In this document: positions 24,909 to 34,288 of the stretch, piece by piece | Position numbering within the stretch: the first letter of the stretch is position 1 | Layout: every line of letters starts with the position of its first letter | Virus record (IMG/VR): IMGVR_UViG_2974766419_000001 | Coordinates: 1 to 64,000 of that record | Strand: one strand, 5' to 3' | DNA from: a virus | Lineage: Duplodnaviria > Caudoviricetes | Length of the DNA: 64,000 bases | The notes under the pieces: model-generated | Seen by the model: only the letters and a program-made list of their open reading frames with translations | The model's database searches: none | Told to the model about the DNA's origin: nothing | Translations under genes and position numbers: made by a program

Positions 24909-25724
24909 ATGGCCATTCCATCGACGGGCACCTCGTGGCGGGCAGGCGGGTTCGGCGACGTCGACTCCCGCTTCAACAACCGCGGCGGGTTGGCGGCAAT
25001 CCTGATCCGCGACAACCGCGGTCCCGACACCAACATCAGTCCGTGGGCATCGGGCAACCCCCCGACCCGCAACTGGTCGCCGTTCGCCGAGGACGGCAAT
25101 CCGCGCGACGACCTGTTCGCGCACATCCTGGTGGACGGTGACTGGGTTACCAACCCTGAGCCGAACGAGGGCTTCCACCTCATCGGTGCCCTGACCGAGG
25201 ATGGCGGACCCGAGAGGGCGCCGGACATCTCGAACGACAACCAGATGATCCTGCAGTCGAACATGCCGTTCGACTCGGACCTGACCTCCGAGAGCTTGTC
25301 CATCAACTTCACCGGCGTCGAGACGGTGAAGCCCCTGATGAAGCGGCTTCGGATGAACCTGGCCCTGTCGGACTCCGACGGCAACTCGATCGTCGAGGAC
25401 CCCGGCACCGAGAACTTCGGCATCGGCAAGCCCGTCGACAACGAAGGTCCCGAGTACCAGATCATTCTGATGTTCGCCCGGCGCAAGCGGGGCAAGTTCC
25501 TCTACACGGCCGAGGGTTACTCGCTGTGCAAGCTGAACGACATCGGTGCGTTCCGGCGCTCGAAGACCGACCCTGACGCGGGTTCGCTGGGTTACATGGT
25601 CCTGCCCGACCCGTACTTCGTCGGCAAGGATCCCAACAACCCAGACTCCGACGAGCTGATCCCCCTGTACTACCACGAGTGGGTCAGCGGCGAGTCCTGG
25701 ACCGACATCAAGGGCGACAGCTAG
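24909..25724 (+). CDS. Major tail (tube) protein
   Basis: GAGGAAAGGA SD; GFHLIGALTEDG; position; ends KGDS*. Confidence 0.85.
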   Translation: MAIPSTGTSWRAGGFGDVDSRFNNRGGLAAILIRDNRGPDTNISPWASGNPPTRNWSPFAEDGNPRDDLFAHILVDGDWVTNPEPNEGFHLIGALTEDGGPERAPDISNDNQMILQSNMPFDSDLTSESLSINFTGVETVKPLMKRLRMNLALSDSDGNSIVEDPGTENFGIGKPVDNEGPEYQIILMFARRKRGKFLYTAEGYSLCKLNDIGAFRRSKTDPDAGSLGYMVLPDPYFVGKDPNNPDSDELIPLYYHEWVSGESWTDIKGDS

Positions 25725-25754
25725 GCTCAATCTGGGCAGTGACTGGCCCTACAG

Positions 25755-25792
25755 GAAAGCCCCGGTCTGCTGGAGAGGCAGCCGGGGCTTTC
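25755..25792. terminator. Bidirectional intrinsic terminator
   Basis: GAAAGCCCCGG...CCGGGGCTTTC stem between convergent units. Confidence 0.85.
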
Positions 25793-25820
25793 TCGTGGGG
25801 TGTTCGGTTTCCGAACACCC

Positions 25821-25916
25821 TCAGCCGGGTCGGTTCAGCGACCTGATCCACACCAGCGCGCAGGTGACGAGGACTGCAGCGGTGCCGCCCAAGGTCCACA
25901 GGGTCTTCTCGATCAT
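25821..25916 (-). CDS. Small membrane peptide (31 aa)
   Basis: MIEKTLWTLGGTAAVLVTCALVWIRSLNRPG; ATGA overlap. Confidence 0.55.
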   Translation of the reverse strand: MIEKTLWTLGGTAAVLVTCALVWIRSLNRPG

Positions 25917-26086
25917 GGCTCTCCAGGGCATGAATAGTCGGGGTGGCCTTGGCGCATCGTCTTGCCGCCCTCCAGCGTGTGCTCCTCGCAGATGGCCTGG
26001 TTGGCGATGACCAGGCCGCACGGGGCCTTCGGGCACGGGCAGTCGTCTTCGATGGCGTGGCCTGCCCAGCTGCGCCCGATGTGCAT
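25913..26086 (-). CDS. Small Cys/His-rich protein (57 aa)
   Basis: Translated by hand: MHIGRSWAGH...CPCPKAPCG...CEEH...H...C. Confidence 0.6.
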   Translation of the reverse strand: MHIGRSWAGHAIEDDCPCPKAPCGLVIANQAICEEHTLEGGKTMRQGHPDYSCPGEP

Positions 26087-26277
26087 CACGGCCTCTTCAG
26101 GAACTCGTGGAACGTCTCGGCCATCGAGATAATCTCGTCGGCCTTCACCTGCGGTTTGTTGCGCAGCACGGTGATCGCGGACTGCAGCGCGGTGGTGCGC
26201 TTGTCGGAGCCGGCCGTGTTCAGGTTCTGGATGTTGGTCCTGGCCGGCGGCAGGTCGCGGTTGGTTGGCATGGTCAT
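26086..26277 (-). CDS. Hypothetical protein (63 aa)
   Basis: ATGA overlap with the HTH gene. Confidence 0.65.
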   Translation of the reverse strand: MTMPTNRDLPPARTNIQNLNTAGSDKRTTALQSAITVLRNKPQVKADEIISMAETFHEFLKRP

Positions 26278-26729
26278 GGCTGGGCCTCCTTCTTGCGTAC
26301 GGCGCCGAGGGTTTCCTCCAGGCTGTCGCGCTCCCACGGTGGGAGTGCGTGGTTGTAGAAGGACAGCACCGAGCCGGTCAGCGGATAGGAGCCGTTCAGC
26401 CACAGCCACACGTGCTCGCCGGGCAGCGGCGGTGGGCCGGTCAGCGCCGCGGGCTCTCGTCCGTCAGACACCTGCGGCATGAGCAGCGAGATGGGCGACA
26501 CCTCGAACACGAAGGCCAGCGCGGTGAGGTCGTCGACGTCGACTCGGCGGGTGCCCGACTCGATGCGTCCCAGTCCGAGTGGGGGGATGTCGCGGCCGAC
26601 CTTGGTGAGCTCGCGGGACAGTCGGGCGTATCCCCAGCCGATCCGTTCGCGGTGCCACTTCACCGCGGCAGCGACGGCGACCGCTGTCGGCCCTGGCTCA
26701 GACTTGATTCCAACCATGTTCATCACCAT
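26274..26729 (-). CDS. XRE-family helix-turn-helix regulator
   Basis: VKWHRERIGWGYARLS...LGRIESGTRRVDVDDLTALA..FEVSP; three possible ATGs (26729/26723/26717). Confidence 0.85.
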   Translation of the reverse strand: MVMNMVGIKSEPGPTAVAVAAAVKWHRERIGWGYARLSRELTKVGRDIPPLGLGRIESGTRRVDVDDLTALAFVFEVSPISLLMPQVSDGREPAALTGPPPLPGEHVWLWLNGSYPLTGSVLSFYNHALPPWERDSLEETLGAVRKKEAQP

Positions 26730-26799
26730 AAGACGTCATTGATGGCCTGTAAAATTGCATGTTTGAACATTCAGGCCGTTATCTGGTAGACCAATCTTC

Positions 26800-27354
26800 A
26801 TGTCTGATAACGTGCGCAACCTTCCTCACACCGCCCCCGACGCCGGACTCCAGGCACGCGAGCAGGCGAACAACTACGACTCCGTGTTCGCCGACACCCC
26901 CCTCACCCTGAATAACGGCGAGGTCATCATGGTGCCCCCGCACCCCGACCTCGGGATGCTCAGCGACGAGGCGATGGCCGAGTACGAGCAGCTGCAATTC
27001 GAGATGGAGTCCTACGACCGAGAAGAGGACATCTTCATCCCCGAGCAGCGGCTCCGAAGCTCCGACGGTCACGAGACCGGCGTGGTGCTGCCCGCCTCCA
27101 CCCAGAAGGGCGACCTGAAGCGCCCGTTCCGCAAGGACGGTGTGCTCGTCTCGCCGCCGCACTCGGTGCGCGTCGCCAGGATCGCGCTGGGCGAGGAGAA
27201 CTATGCGAAGCTGCGCGCCGGCGGCAAGTCGGCGGCCGACGTGTGGCGCATCTGGGGCAGCCAGGCTGCAGAGCTTCAGAAGCGACAGGCCACCGACTCG
27301 AAAAGTGATGGAGGCGCACTGGCTCTGGAGGCAGTACCCGCGACAGATAGCTAG
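26800..27354 (+). CDS. Tail assembly chaperone (gpG-like)
   Basis: Position before tape measure; overlapping second ORF. Confidence 0.8.
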   Translation: MSDNVRNLPHTAPDAGLQAREQANNYDSVFADTPLTLNNGEVIMVPPHPDLGMLSDEAMAEYEQLQFEMESYDREEDIFIPEQRLRSSDGHETGVVLPASTQKGDLKRPFRKDGVLVSPPHSVRVARIALGEENYAKLRAGGKSAADVWRIWGSQAAELQKRQATDSKSDGGALALEAVPATDS

Positions 27355-27751
27355 TGACCTATCGCAGTACCACCATCGCCGCATAAAAGAATGGCACGAT
27401 GGGTCCATGTCTTCCTACGAGCTGCTTGAGCTCCTGGAATTCATGCCCGAGGAAGGTGCCTTCAAGACGGCCGCTCGCGGCGGGGAGTGGAGCGAGTCCC
27501 AGAAGGTCCAGGTCCAGATCGCCAACGAGCTCGCGGTGCTGCGCGCCGCCTACGTCAACGGCGTCCAGGGCGACGAGTACGGGTCCAAGATGTTCTACTC
27601 GCCGCTGAAGCTGCGAGAATTTGCCGAGAAGGCTGAGGCGCAAGCCGAGGTTCGCGAGAGCTTCTATTCGTTTGCCGCCCGGCCGGGGGGTGTTCGGAAA
27701 CCGAACACCACTGACGACGAGTTCTATGACGACGCGGAGGACGTGGGCTGA
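27305..27751 (+). CDS. Tail assembly chaperone extension (gpT-like), probably reached by frameshift
   Basis: Open frame 27140-27751 is +1 relative to gpG; candidate slip TCG-AAA-AGT at 27298-27306; TGATG overlap with TMP. Confidence 0.7.
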   Translation: MMEAHWLWRQYPRQIASDLSQYHHRRIKEWHDGSMSSYELLELLEFMPEEGAFKTAARGGEWSESQKVQVQIANELAVLRAAYVNGVQGDEYGSKMFYSPLKLREFAEKAEAQAEVRESFYSFAARPGGVRKPNTTDDEFYDDAEDVG

Positions 27752-30700
27752 TGGCGATCCACATTGACATCTACGCGCACCTCCGTAAGAACCAGCTCAT
27801 CAAGGAGGGCGAGGAGCTTAAGCGGTACGTCGAATCGCTGGAGCGTGACGTCAACAAGCGCCTCGACCAGTCCGCGCGGAGGGTCGCCCTCGGCCCCACG
27901 TCGAAGCTGGTCAAGCTCAACGACCAGAATGCTGCGTCGCTCGACCGTGCCGTCAACGCCACCGATGCCTACATCCTGGCGACTGAGCGGCTGACCGAGG
28001 CCAAGAACAAGCTCCGCAACGTCAACCGCTGGGCCGAGAGGACCGAGGAGCAGCAGGATAAGAAGGCGAAAGCGCGGGCCAAGGCTGAGGCCGAGGTCGC
28101 CGACGCCAAGCTGCAGCAGGCGTTCGCCGCACAGCAGCTGTCCAAGGCGACCAACGACCTAACGCGCAACACCGAGGAGCTGCGCAAGGAGACCACCGAG
28201 CACGGCAAGAATCAGCGCAAGGTCACCAAGCTGGTCAAGGAGACCAAGAAGGAATTCGCCCAGCTCACCCGCACCGTCAACCGGCAGCGGCGCGAGCTGG
28301 AAGACCTGCGCTCCACGCACCAGGGCGAGATCAAGGACAACCGCGCTCTGGTCAAGCAGCTGGAGCGAGTGACTGACGCCACCAAGAAGACCACCATCGA
28401 GCGCGACAAGTACAACGAGATGGTCAAGGAGGGGGTTGCTACCCACAAGCAACTCCGCGACCAAGCCGAACGCGCGCGCCAGGCGTACATCACAGAGCAG
28501 CGGGTTCTCCGCGACACCAAGCAGAGCATCAGCGATGTGGTCGAGGGCCGCGAGAAGCACGACGTGACGGTCAAGGCCAACACTGATTCGCTGCGCAAGC
28601 TGTCCAGCGCCGCGCTCGACAATCGCAAGCAGATCGAGAGCCTGCGCGACGCTAATCAGGACCTCATTCGTGACAACGCCGCCCTCACTCGGTCGTTCGA
28701 CGGCATCTCGGAGGCCACCGATAAGGCGTTCCGCGAGCACCAGAAGTTCAACCGGATGGCGCGCGACTCCTCGGTCTCTCAGGATCAGCTGCGCCAGCAG
28801 GCCGAGCGTGTTCGCGACGCCTACGCCAGGCAGGGCCGCGATGTCGACTACGCCAGGGAGGCGCTGCGTCGACACAGCGAAAAGGAAGCTGAGCTGCAGC
28901 GACGCAAGGCGCTGACCGGCAAGCGGCATCAGGACCTCGACCCTATCCGCAGCGTGGCCCGCAACCTTGGCGCGCTCACTCCGCTCGGTACGGTGACCCC
29001 AACGCTGGTTCTCCCCCTGGGCACCCTGTTCACTCAGCTGGCCAACGGTGTAGTCGCCGCGTCACAGTCCATCGCCCTTCTGCCTGCTGTGCTGACGGCC
29101 GGCGGGGCGGCGTTCGGCACCATCACGATGGCGACCCGCGGGTTCAGTGACACCATCGGCGCGCTGGTCGACGGCGACCTGGAGAAGTTCGCCGAGGAGA
29201 TCAACAAGCTCTCACCGAATGCGCAGCAGGCCGCGCTGGCGTTGCAGAGCGTGCTGCCAGAGCTTGAGGAGATCCAGAAGTCCGCGCAGGATGCGTTCTT
29301 CGAGGGGGCTCCGCAGCTGGGCCTGGAGATATTCGAGAAGCTGGGCCCGACGGTCAGCCGGTTGACAACCAGCATTGCCAAGTCGATGAATCAGTCGATG
29401 AAGGGCGTCGGCCAGCTGCTGGTGTCCCCCGAGGGGATGCGCTCTATCGAGTCAATCTCGGACAACATCGCCACCATGTTCCGTGAGATGGAGCCCGCGG
29501 TCACCGCCGTCGCGCAGGCGTTCCTCACTCTCACCGAGGAGGGTGGTTCACTGCTGCCCAAGGTGGCCCGCGATCTTGCGAAGGTCTCCGGCACGTTTGC
29601 CGAATTCCTCAAGGACACCCAGAATTCCGGTTCGCTGAAGACGTTCATGGAGCAGGGCTGGGAGGCCATCAAGGCGGTCGGCGAGGCGTTGCTCAACTTC
29701 GGCAAGATGCTCTATCAGGTGTTCGGTCTGAAGTCTCAGCAGGACATCGACCGTTTCCGCGAGACCATGCAGGAGATGACCGACCTCATCGGGGTCGTGC
29801 TCGGCACCATCAAGAAGCTGTTTGAGGACATCGCTGGGGCGTTTCGAATTCTCTCCGATGTGGCCAAGAGCTTCGGTATGGAGATGGGCGACATTTCCAC
29901 GGTTCTGGCCAGGGTTGCCGAGGCGTGGCTGTTTGTGCACGGCGTGAAGCGGCTCAGGGATTTGACCGGCGCGGCGAAGGACTTCGCTTCCGCGATGGCG
30001 ATCAGGGCTGGGGCGATGGGCATCGGCGGCGCTGGCCTCTCGGCCGCCGGAGGTGCCGCCGCTGCCGGCGCGGGCGGGGCTGGTCTGCTTGCCGCTGTTG
30101 GTCCGCTCAACGCGTTCGTCGCAGCCTTGGCCGCGGGCGCTGCCGCGGTCTGGGGGCTGAACAAGGCCATTGGCGCTGTCGTGAATAGCGACTTCGGGCA
30201 GAGCATCACCGAGCCGTCGCCAGCGGACTACCAGCGCAACTTCCCTAGCCCTCCAACGCGCGACCCCCTCGTTCCTCATCGCGTCAACCCGGGCCTCCCT
30301 GTTCAAGGCGCTGGCCTGCCTCCCAATGCGGGCGCACCTCAGGATCTCGGTGGGCTGCTCGGCAATCCCAGCTCTGACATCAGTATCACCAGTCACAACT
30401 TCTACAATGACTGGTATCCGACGAACGACGACGACCCTTTCGCCGTCCCCGACATGCCGATGGACCCGGCTGCCTGGCAGTCCACGCCCGGCACCTTCGA
30501 GCTGGACAAGATTCCCATCGGCGCGTTCGGCGGCGCAGAGTGGGACGTTCCGCATGGCGTGTTCGACATTCCGCGGATGCTCAAGCCGGGTGATTCCGGC
30601 TTCGGCAAGCCGGGCGCGTGGAACGTTGACCCGTGGAAGGTTCAGCAGGCCCAGTGGCAGGTCGAGGACGCCAAGGTTCGCGCCGAGGAGTCGCGCAAGA

Positions 30701-32532
30701 ACTACCTGAAGCTCGCGGCCGAGGGCACTGCAACGCAGGACGACATTAATCGGGCGGCGTACGACGTCATCCAGGCTGAGCGGTCCTGGATGGAGTCGAT
30801 GCGCAGCCTGAAGGAGGCCGAACGCGGCGAGTTCGAGGCGTTCGACAAGCAGACCAAGACGTTCGCCGACGACCTACGCGAAGCGCTCGGCGACATGGGT
30901 GCGGCGCTCGACGCCGACTTCGGCATCAGCAAGGGCCTCGCAGGCATCGCCGAGAACATCACCAAGTTCGTCGCGACGCTCGCCGCCGCGCCGGTGCTCG
31001 GCGCGATGAAGGGCTATCAGGCGGGCCTTGGGTTCCCCGGCGGCAAGGGCGTCGGCTCGGGCCTGGTTGGCATCGCGGCCGCGCAGATGGGCTACTACGA
31101 GCAGGACGAGGATGCCACCGCGTTCTTCGGCGGGGGGTACGCCAGCCAGCAGGCGATGTGGCAGCAGTACGGGTCGAACTATGGTCTGTCTGGCTCGTAC
31201 GGCCCTGGCCCCGGCAACTTCGGTGACCGCGTGCCCTACGGTTTGCCGCCCGGTACCGACACCGGCGGTTACGGCAGCAGCGGCAAGGTGTTCCCGCCGT
31301 GGGTGCATGCGATCGAGGACATCTTCGGCATCAAGGCCAGCACCTACAAAGGTCATCAGGAGTCTGACCGCAACGAGCCGGGGTATGCGCCCAACCCGAA
31401 CCGCGAGAACCGGGGTATCGACTGGACGGGTCCGACCGAGAATCTGCAGAAGTTTGCCGAGTACCTCGAACGGATCCCGCAGGCGCTCGAACAGGTCATC
31501 TGGCAGAACCCCAACACCGGACGTAAGACCGGCATCGGGGGCGGGCAGATCAACCCGGGGTATTACCCGCAGAGCACCTACGACGTGCACGGCGGCAACG
31601 ACCCCAGCAACATCCACGTGCACACCCGGCAGTCGGCGTCGATCCCTCTGCCGCAGGGCTACGGTCCTCAGCAGCAGCAGCAGGTGCCGTACGGGTCGCC
31701 GTACTACCAGGTTCCGCAGGCGTACGCGTACGGCCCTCAGCCGGGCGTGTTCGATGACGGCGGCGTGCTGCCACCCGGCCCGTCGATCGTCGTCAACAAC
31801 ACCGGCAAGCCGGAGCCGCTGGTTCCACCGGTGGACCCCAAGGCGACGAGCGTGGACCCCAACACCACGGTTCACGGCCTGGGCAACGCGGCACCTCCCG
31901 GCACCCCGGCGTCTCCGCAGCTCACACCGGGCGGCGCACCGACACCGCTGGGCGTGCCGACGCAGGGCACCACCATCGGCTCCGAGGTGGAGCCGTACGC
32001 GGGCTACGGCTCGGGCTTCAAGGTCGGCGGCGGCATCCTCGGCTCGGCGCTGAACGCGGCCGCGTCGGCCGCCGGTGGCGCGGGCGGTCCTGGCGGCGCG
32101 GCGACGGCAGCGGCCCTGCAGATCGGCATCCAGGAAATCCAGCGCGCCATCGAGTACGGCGCAGAGGTGGCCGGCATCACCGCGCAGGGCATCATCGACA
32201 CGGTGCTCCCGGCCGGCGGCTCGAAGCTGGCGCAGGAGAATTGGATCACCCGCATTGCTGGTGGAATCATCGGCGCGGCCCCGGCGATCCCCAACCTGGC
32301 AGGCAACGGCGGCAAGCTCGGCCAGGGCGCGAACCTGCCCGGCGTCGGCCCGGCCACGCCGGAGCAGATCGCGGCGCAGAACATGGACCCGAACCGCACG
32401 CAGCACACCGGCACCGGCCCGCCCCCTGGGCCGACCAACAACACCGGCGTCTACATCGAGAACTACAACACGCTGGACAACCGCGGGGCCAGCCAGGACT
32501 TTGGCCGCTATGCAATCCCGGGGCAGCGATGA
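27751..32532 (+). CDS. Tape measure protein (1593 aa)
   Basis: Longest ORF; coiled-coil N-half, Ala/Gly-rich helices; C-terminal H..D..H peptidase-like motif. Confidence 0.95.
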   Translation: MAIHIDIYAHLRKNQLIKEGEELKRYVESLERDVNKRLDQSARRVALGPTSKLVKLNDQNAASLDRAVNATDAYILATERLTEAKNKLRNVNRWAERTEEQQDKKAKARAKAEAEVADAKLQQAFAAQQLSKATNDLTRNTEELRKETTEHGKNQRKVTKLVKETKKEFAQLTRTVNRQRRELEDLRSTHQGEIKDNRALVKQLERVTDATKKTTIERDKYNEMVKEGVATHKQLRDQAERARQAYITEQRVLRDTKQSISDVVEGREKHDVTVKANTDSLRKLSSAALDNRKQIESLRDANQDLIRDNAALTRSFDGISEATDKAFREHQKFNRMARDSSVSQDQLRQQAERVRDAYARQGRDVDYAREALRRHSEKEAELQRRKALTGKRHQDLDPIRSVARNLGALTPLGTVTPTLVLPLGTLFTQLANGVVAASQSIALLPAVLTAGGAAFGTITMATRGFSDTIGALVDGDLEKFAEEINKLSPNAQQAALALQSVLPELEEIQKSAQDAFFEGAPQLGLEIFEKLGPTVSRLTTSIAKSMNQSMKGVGQLLVSPEGMRSIESISDNIATMFREMEPAVTAVAQAFLTLTEEGGSLLPKVARDLAKVSGTFAEFLKDTQNSGSLKTFMEQGWEAIKAVGEALLNFGKMLYQVFGLKSQQDIDRFRETMQEMTDLIGVVLGTIKKLFEDIAGAFRILSDVAKSFGMEMGDISTVLARVAEAWLFVHGVKRLRDLTGAAKDFASAMAIRAGAMGIGGAGLSAAGGAAAAGAGGAGLLAAVGPLNAFVAALAAGAAAVWGLNKAIGAVVNSDFGQSITEPSPADYQRNFPSPPTRDPLVPHRVNPGLPVQGAGLPPNAGAPQDLGGLLGNPSSDISITSHNFYNDWYPTNDDDPFAVPDMPMDPAAWQSTPGTFELDKIPIGAFGGAEWDVPHGVFDIPRMLKPGDSGFGKPGAWNVDPWKVQQAQWQVEDAKVRAEESRKNYLKLAAEGTATQDDINRAAYDVIQAERSWMESMRSLKEAERGEFEAFDKQTKTFADDLREALGDMGAALDADFGISKGLAGIAENITKFVATLAAAPVLGAMKGYQAGLGFPGGKGVGSGLVGIAAAQMGYYEQDEDATAFFGGGYASQQAMWQQYGSNYGLSGSYGPGPGNFGDRVPYGLPPGTDTGGYGSSGKVFPPWVHAIEDIFGIKASTYKGHQESDRNEPGYAPNPNRENRGIDWTGPTENLQKFAEYLERIPQALEQVIWQNPNTGRKTGIGGGQINPGYYPQSTYDVHGGNDPSNIHVHTRQSASIPLPQGYGPQQQQQVPYGSPYYQVPQAYAYGPQPGVFDDGGVLPPGPSIVVNNTGKPEPLVPPVDPKATSVDPNTTVHGLGNAAPPGTPASPQLTPGGAPTPLGVPTQGTTIGSEVEPYAGYGSGFKVGGGILGSALNAAASAAGGAGGPGGAATAAALQIGIQEIQRAIEYGAEVAGITAQGIIDTVLPAGGSKLAQENWITRIAGGIIGAAPAIPNLAGNGGKLGQGANLPGVGPATPEQIAAQNMDPNRTQHTGTGPPPGPTNNTGVYIENYNTLDNRGASQDFGRYAIPGQR

Positions 32533-32569
32533 TGGGGTGTTCGGAAACCGAACAGGCAGGAGTGTGCTG

Positions 32570-34288
32570 ATGGTCGGCAACATCGTGAAGCGGTACCCGT
32601 CGAACCCCATCACCCCACACGGCGCGTACTTCTTCCTGCGCAACAAGAAGCCGAACATGACCTACCGGTCATACGACGACACGATGGTGTTCCACCTGAT
32701 GGGCGGCATGGCGGTGCCCGACAAGGTGAACTCACCCGAGAGTGTGCAGCTCAAGAGCCTGTCCGGCCTGATCCCGCCGTGGCAGCAGATCGAGCAGAAG
32801 GGCGCAACGCAGGACGGCGTGACGTTCGTGGACGCGCTCTACGATCCGCTCGACTGCGACATGACCGTCGAGGTGCACGGCAAAACACCGGAGCGCACCG
32901 CCCAGTTGGTGCGCGACTGGATCGCGGCGTGGGACGCGAAGAAGCCTGGCGAGCTGTCGTTCTTCGACACCGGTGGCACCGGCCGGTGGTGGGCGCCGGT
33001 GCGGTGGACGCGCAACCCGGTCGACAAGCTGCTCGGCGGCAACTTCACCAGGCAGACATTCACCTGGCCGTTCAAGTCGCACGATGCGTTCTGGCGCAGC
33101 TACGACAACGTTGACGAATTCCGGTTCACCTACGTCGACGTGGAGGACGACTTCACCGACCTCGACAACTGGATACTCGAATATTCAGGTGACGGAAACG
33201 GCGAGATGATCGCCGCGCCGCAGCGCACCGGCCTGCTCGCCGACATCTTCGGCGAAGGCGACTGGGCCGCCACTTGGGACCTGGGCACCACCGGCGAAGG
33301 CCGCACAGTGGTGGCCCAGCGCGACGGGTTCGCCACCACCACCAACCGGCAGATCGCCTACATTCGGATCGGGTCCATTCCGGCGTGGTCGCCGTGGGAC
33401 GAGGCCGCGGTGGACATCTGGGTTCGGATGGACGACGGCACCCCCGGCGAGAACGGCATCCGGCTGCGGCTCAAGGCGTTCAGCGCGGAGCTGGCCTACT
33501 TCGTCGACGGCAGCAAGACGGTGCTGCGTAAGGTGCCGATCATCCCGCCGCTGCCCGGCGAGACGTGGTGCGTCGTCGCGGGTGTCGGCGACAGCGACCG
33601 CACCTTCAGGGTGCTGCGCGGCTCCCAGGGCCTGTCCGAGGTGTTCACCGTCAAGGAGAACGGCACCGGCTCGCTGCTCGGTGAGGACTACCGGGGCATG
33701 GGGTTCGGCATGGAGTCGGGCACCGGCGCTTTCGTGGAGCTGCCGCCCGCCACGGTGCGCCGCTTCTGGGGCGGCGACAACGCCACGCAAACGCAGTCGG
33801 GGATGCTGCGCCGCGTCAACGTGGGCGACCAGCCAATGTGGGACCGCTACACCCTGTATGGGCCTGGCACGTTTTACATCGCGGCTGGACCCGGCTCCAC
33901 TGACATGGTGAAGTTCGGTCCCCTGGAGCGCGGGCAGGTGGTGCAGCTGCGCAGCGATCCCCGCAAGCGCGGTGTGGTCGACCTGACCTCCGTGGCACCG
34001 TCGCCTCAGCAGCTGAAGTGGTGGCAGGAGGCGTTGAAGGACTTCATCTCGTTCGCGTCGGGCAACAACGCGTCGCCGCTGGAAGAGACGATCCTGTCGA
34101 AGTTCGGGATCAAGCCGCCGCAGGGCAACCTGTACAGCCTGCTCGAAGGCCGGTTCGCCAAGCCGATCCCGCCGAAGCCTGCGGCCGGACCCGTCAAGCC
34201 GTACAGCGTTCTGGTCAAGGTGGAGAACGGTGACGCGGACACGCGTGTTGTGGCCGCGGGCACCCCGTTGCGTAGGTGGCCGATGTGA
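32570..34288 (+). CDS. Minor tail protein (distal-tail-like)
   Basis: AGGAG SD; GL.PPW...QDG...RWW.PVR...FWRS pattern of mycobacteriophage post-TMP genes. Confidence 0.85.
   Translation: MVGNIVKRYPSNPITPHGAYFFLRNKKPNMTYRSYDDTMVFHLMGGMAVPDKVNSPESVQLKSLSGLIPPWQQIEQKGATQDGVTFVDALYDPLDCDMTVEVHGKTPERTAQLVRDWIAAWDAKKPGELSFFDTGGTGRWWAPVRWTRNPVDKLLGGNFTRQTFTWPFKSHDAFWRSYDNVDEFRFTYVDVEDDFTDLDNWILEYSGDGNGEMIAAPQRTGLLADIFGEGDWAATWDLGTTGEGRTVVAQRDGFATTTNRQIAYIRIGSIPAWSPWDEAAVDIWVRMDDGTPGENGIRLRLKAFSAELAYFVDGSKTVLRKVPIIPPLPGETWCVVAGVGDSDRTFRVLRGSQGLSEVFTVKENGTGSLLGEDYRGMGFGMESGTGAFVELPPATVRRFWGGDNATQTQSGMLRRVNVGDQPMWDRYTLYGPGTFYIAAGPGSTDMVKFGPLERGQVVQLRSDPRKRGVVDLTSVAPSPQQLKWWQEALKDFISFASGNNASPLEETILSKFGIKPPQGNLYSLLEGRFAKPIPPKPAAGPVKPYSVLVKVENGDADTRVVAAGTPLRRWPM

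Noticed and set aside
26274-26729. Classic lysogeny module (repressor plus integrase/attP)
   Set aside because: An XRE regulator is present but I found no tyrosine or serine recombinase motifs or attP-like tRNA homology in the window; the unseen right end is not excluded.
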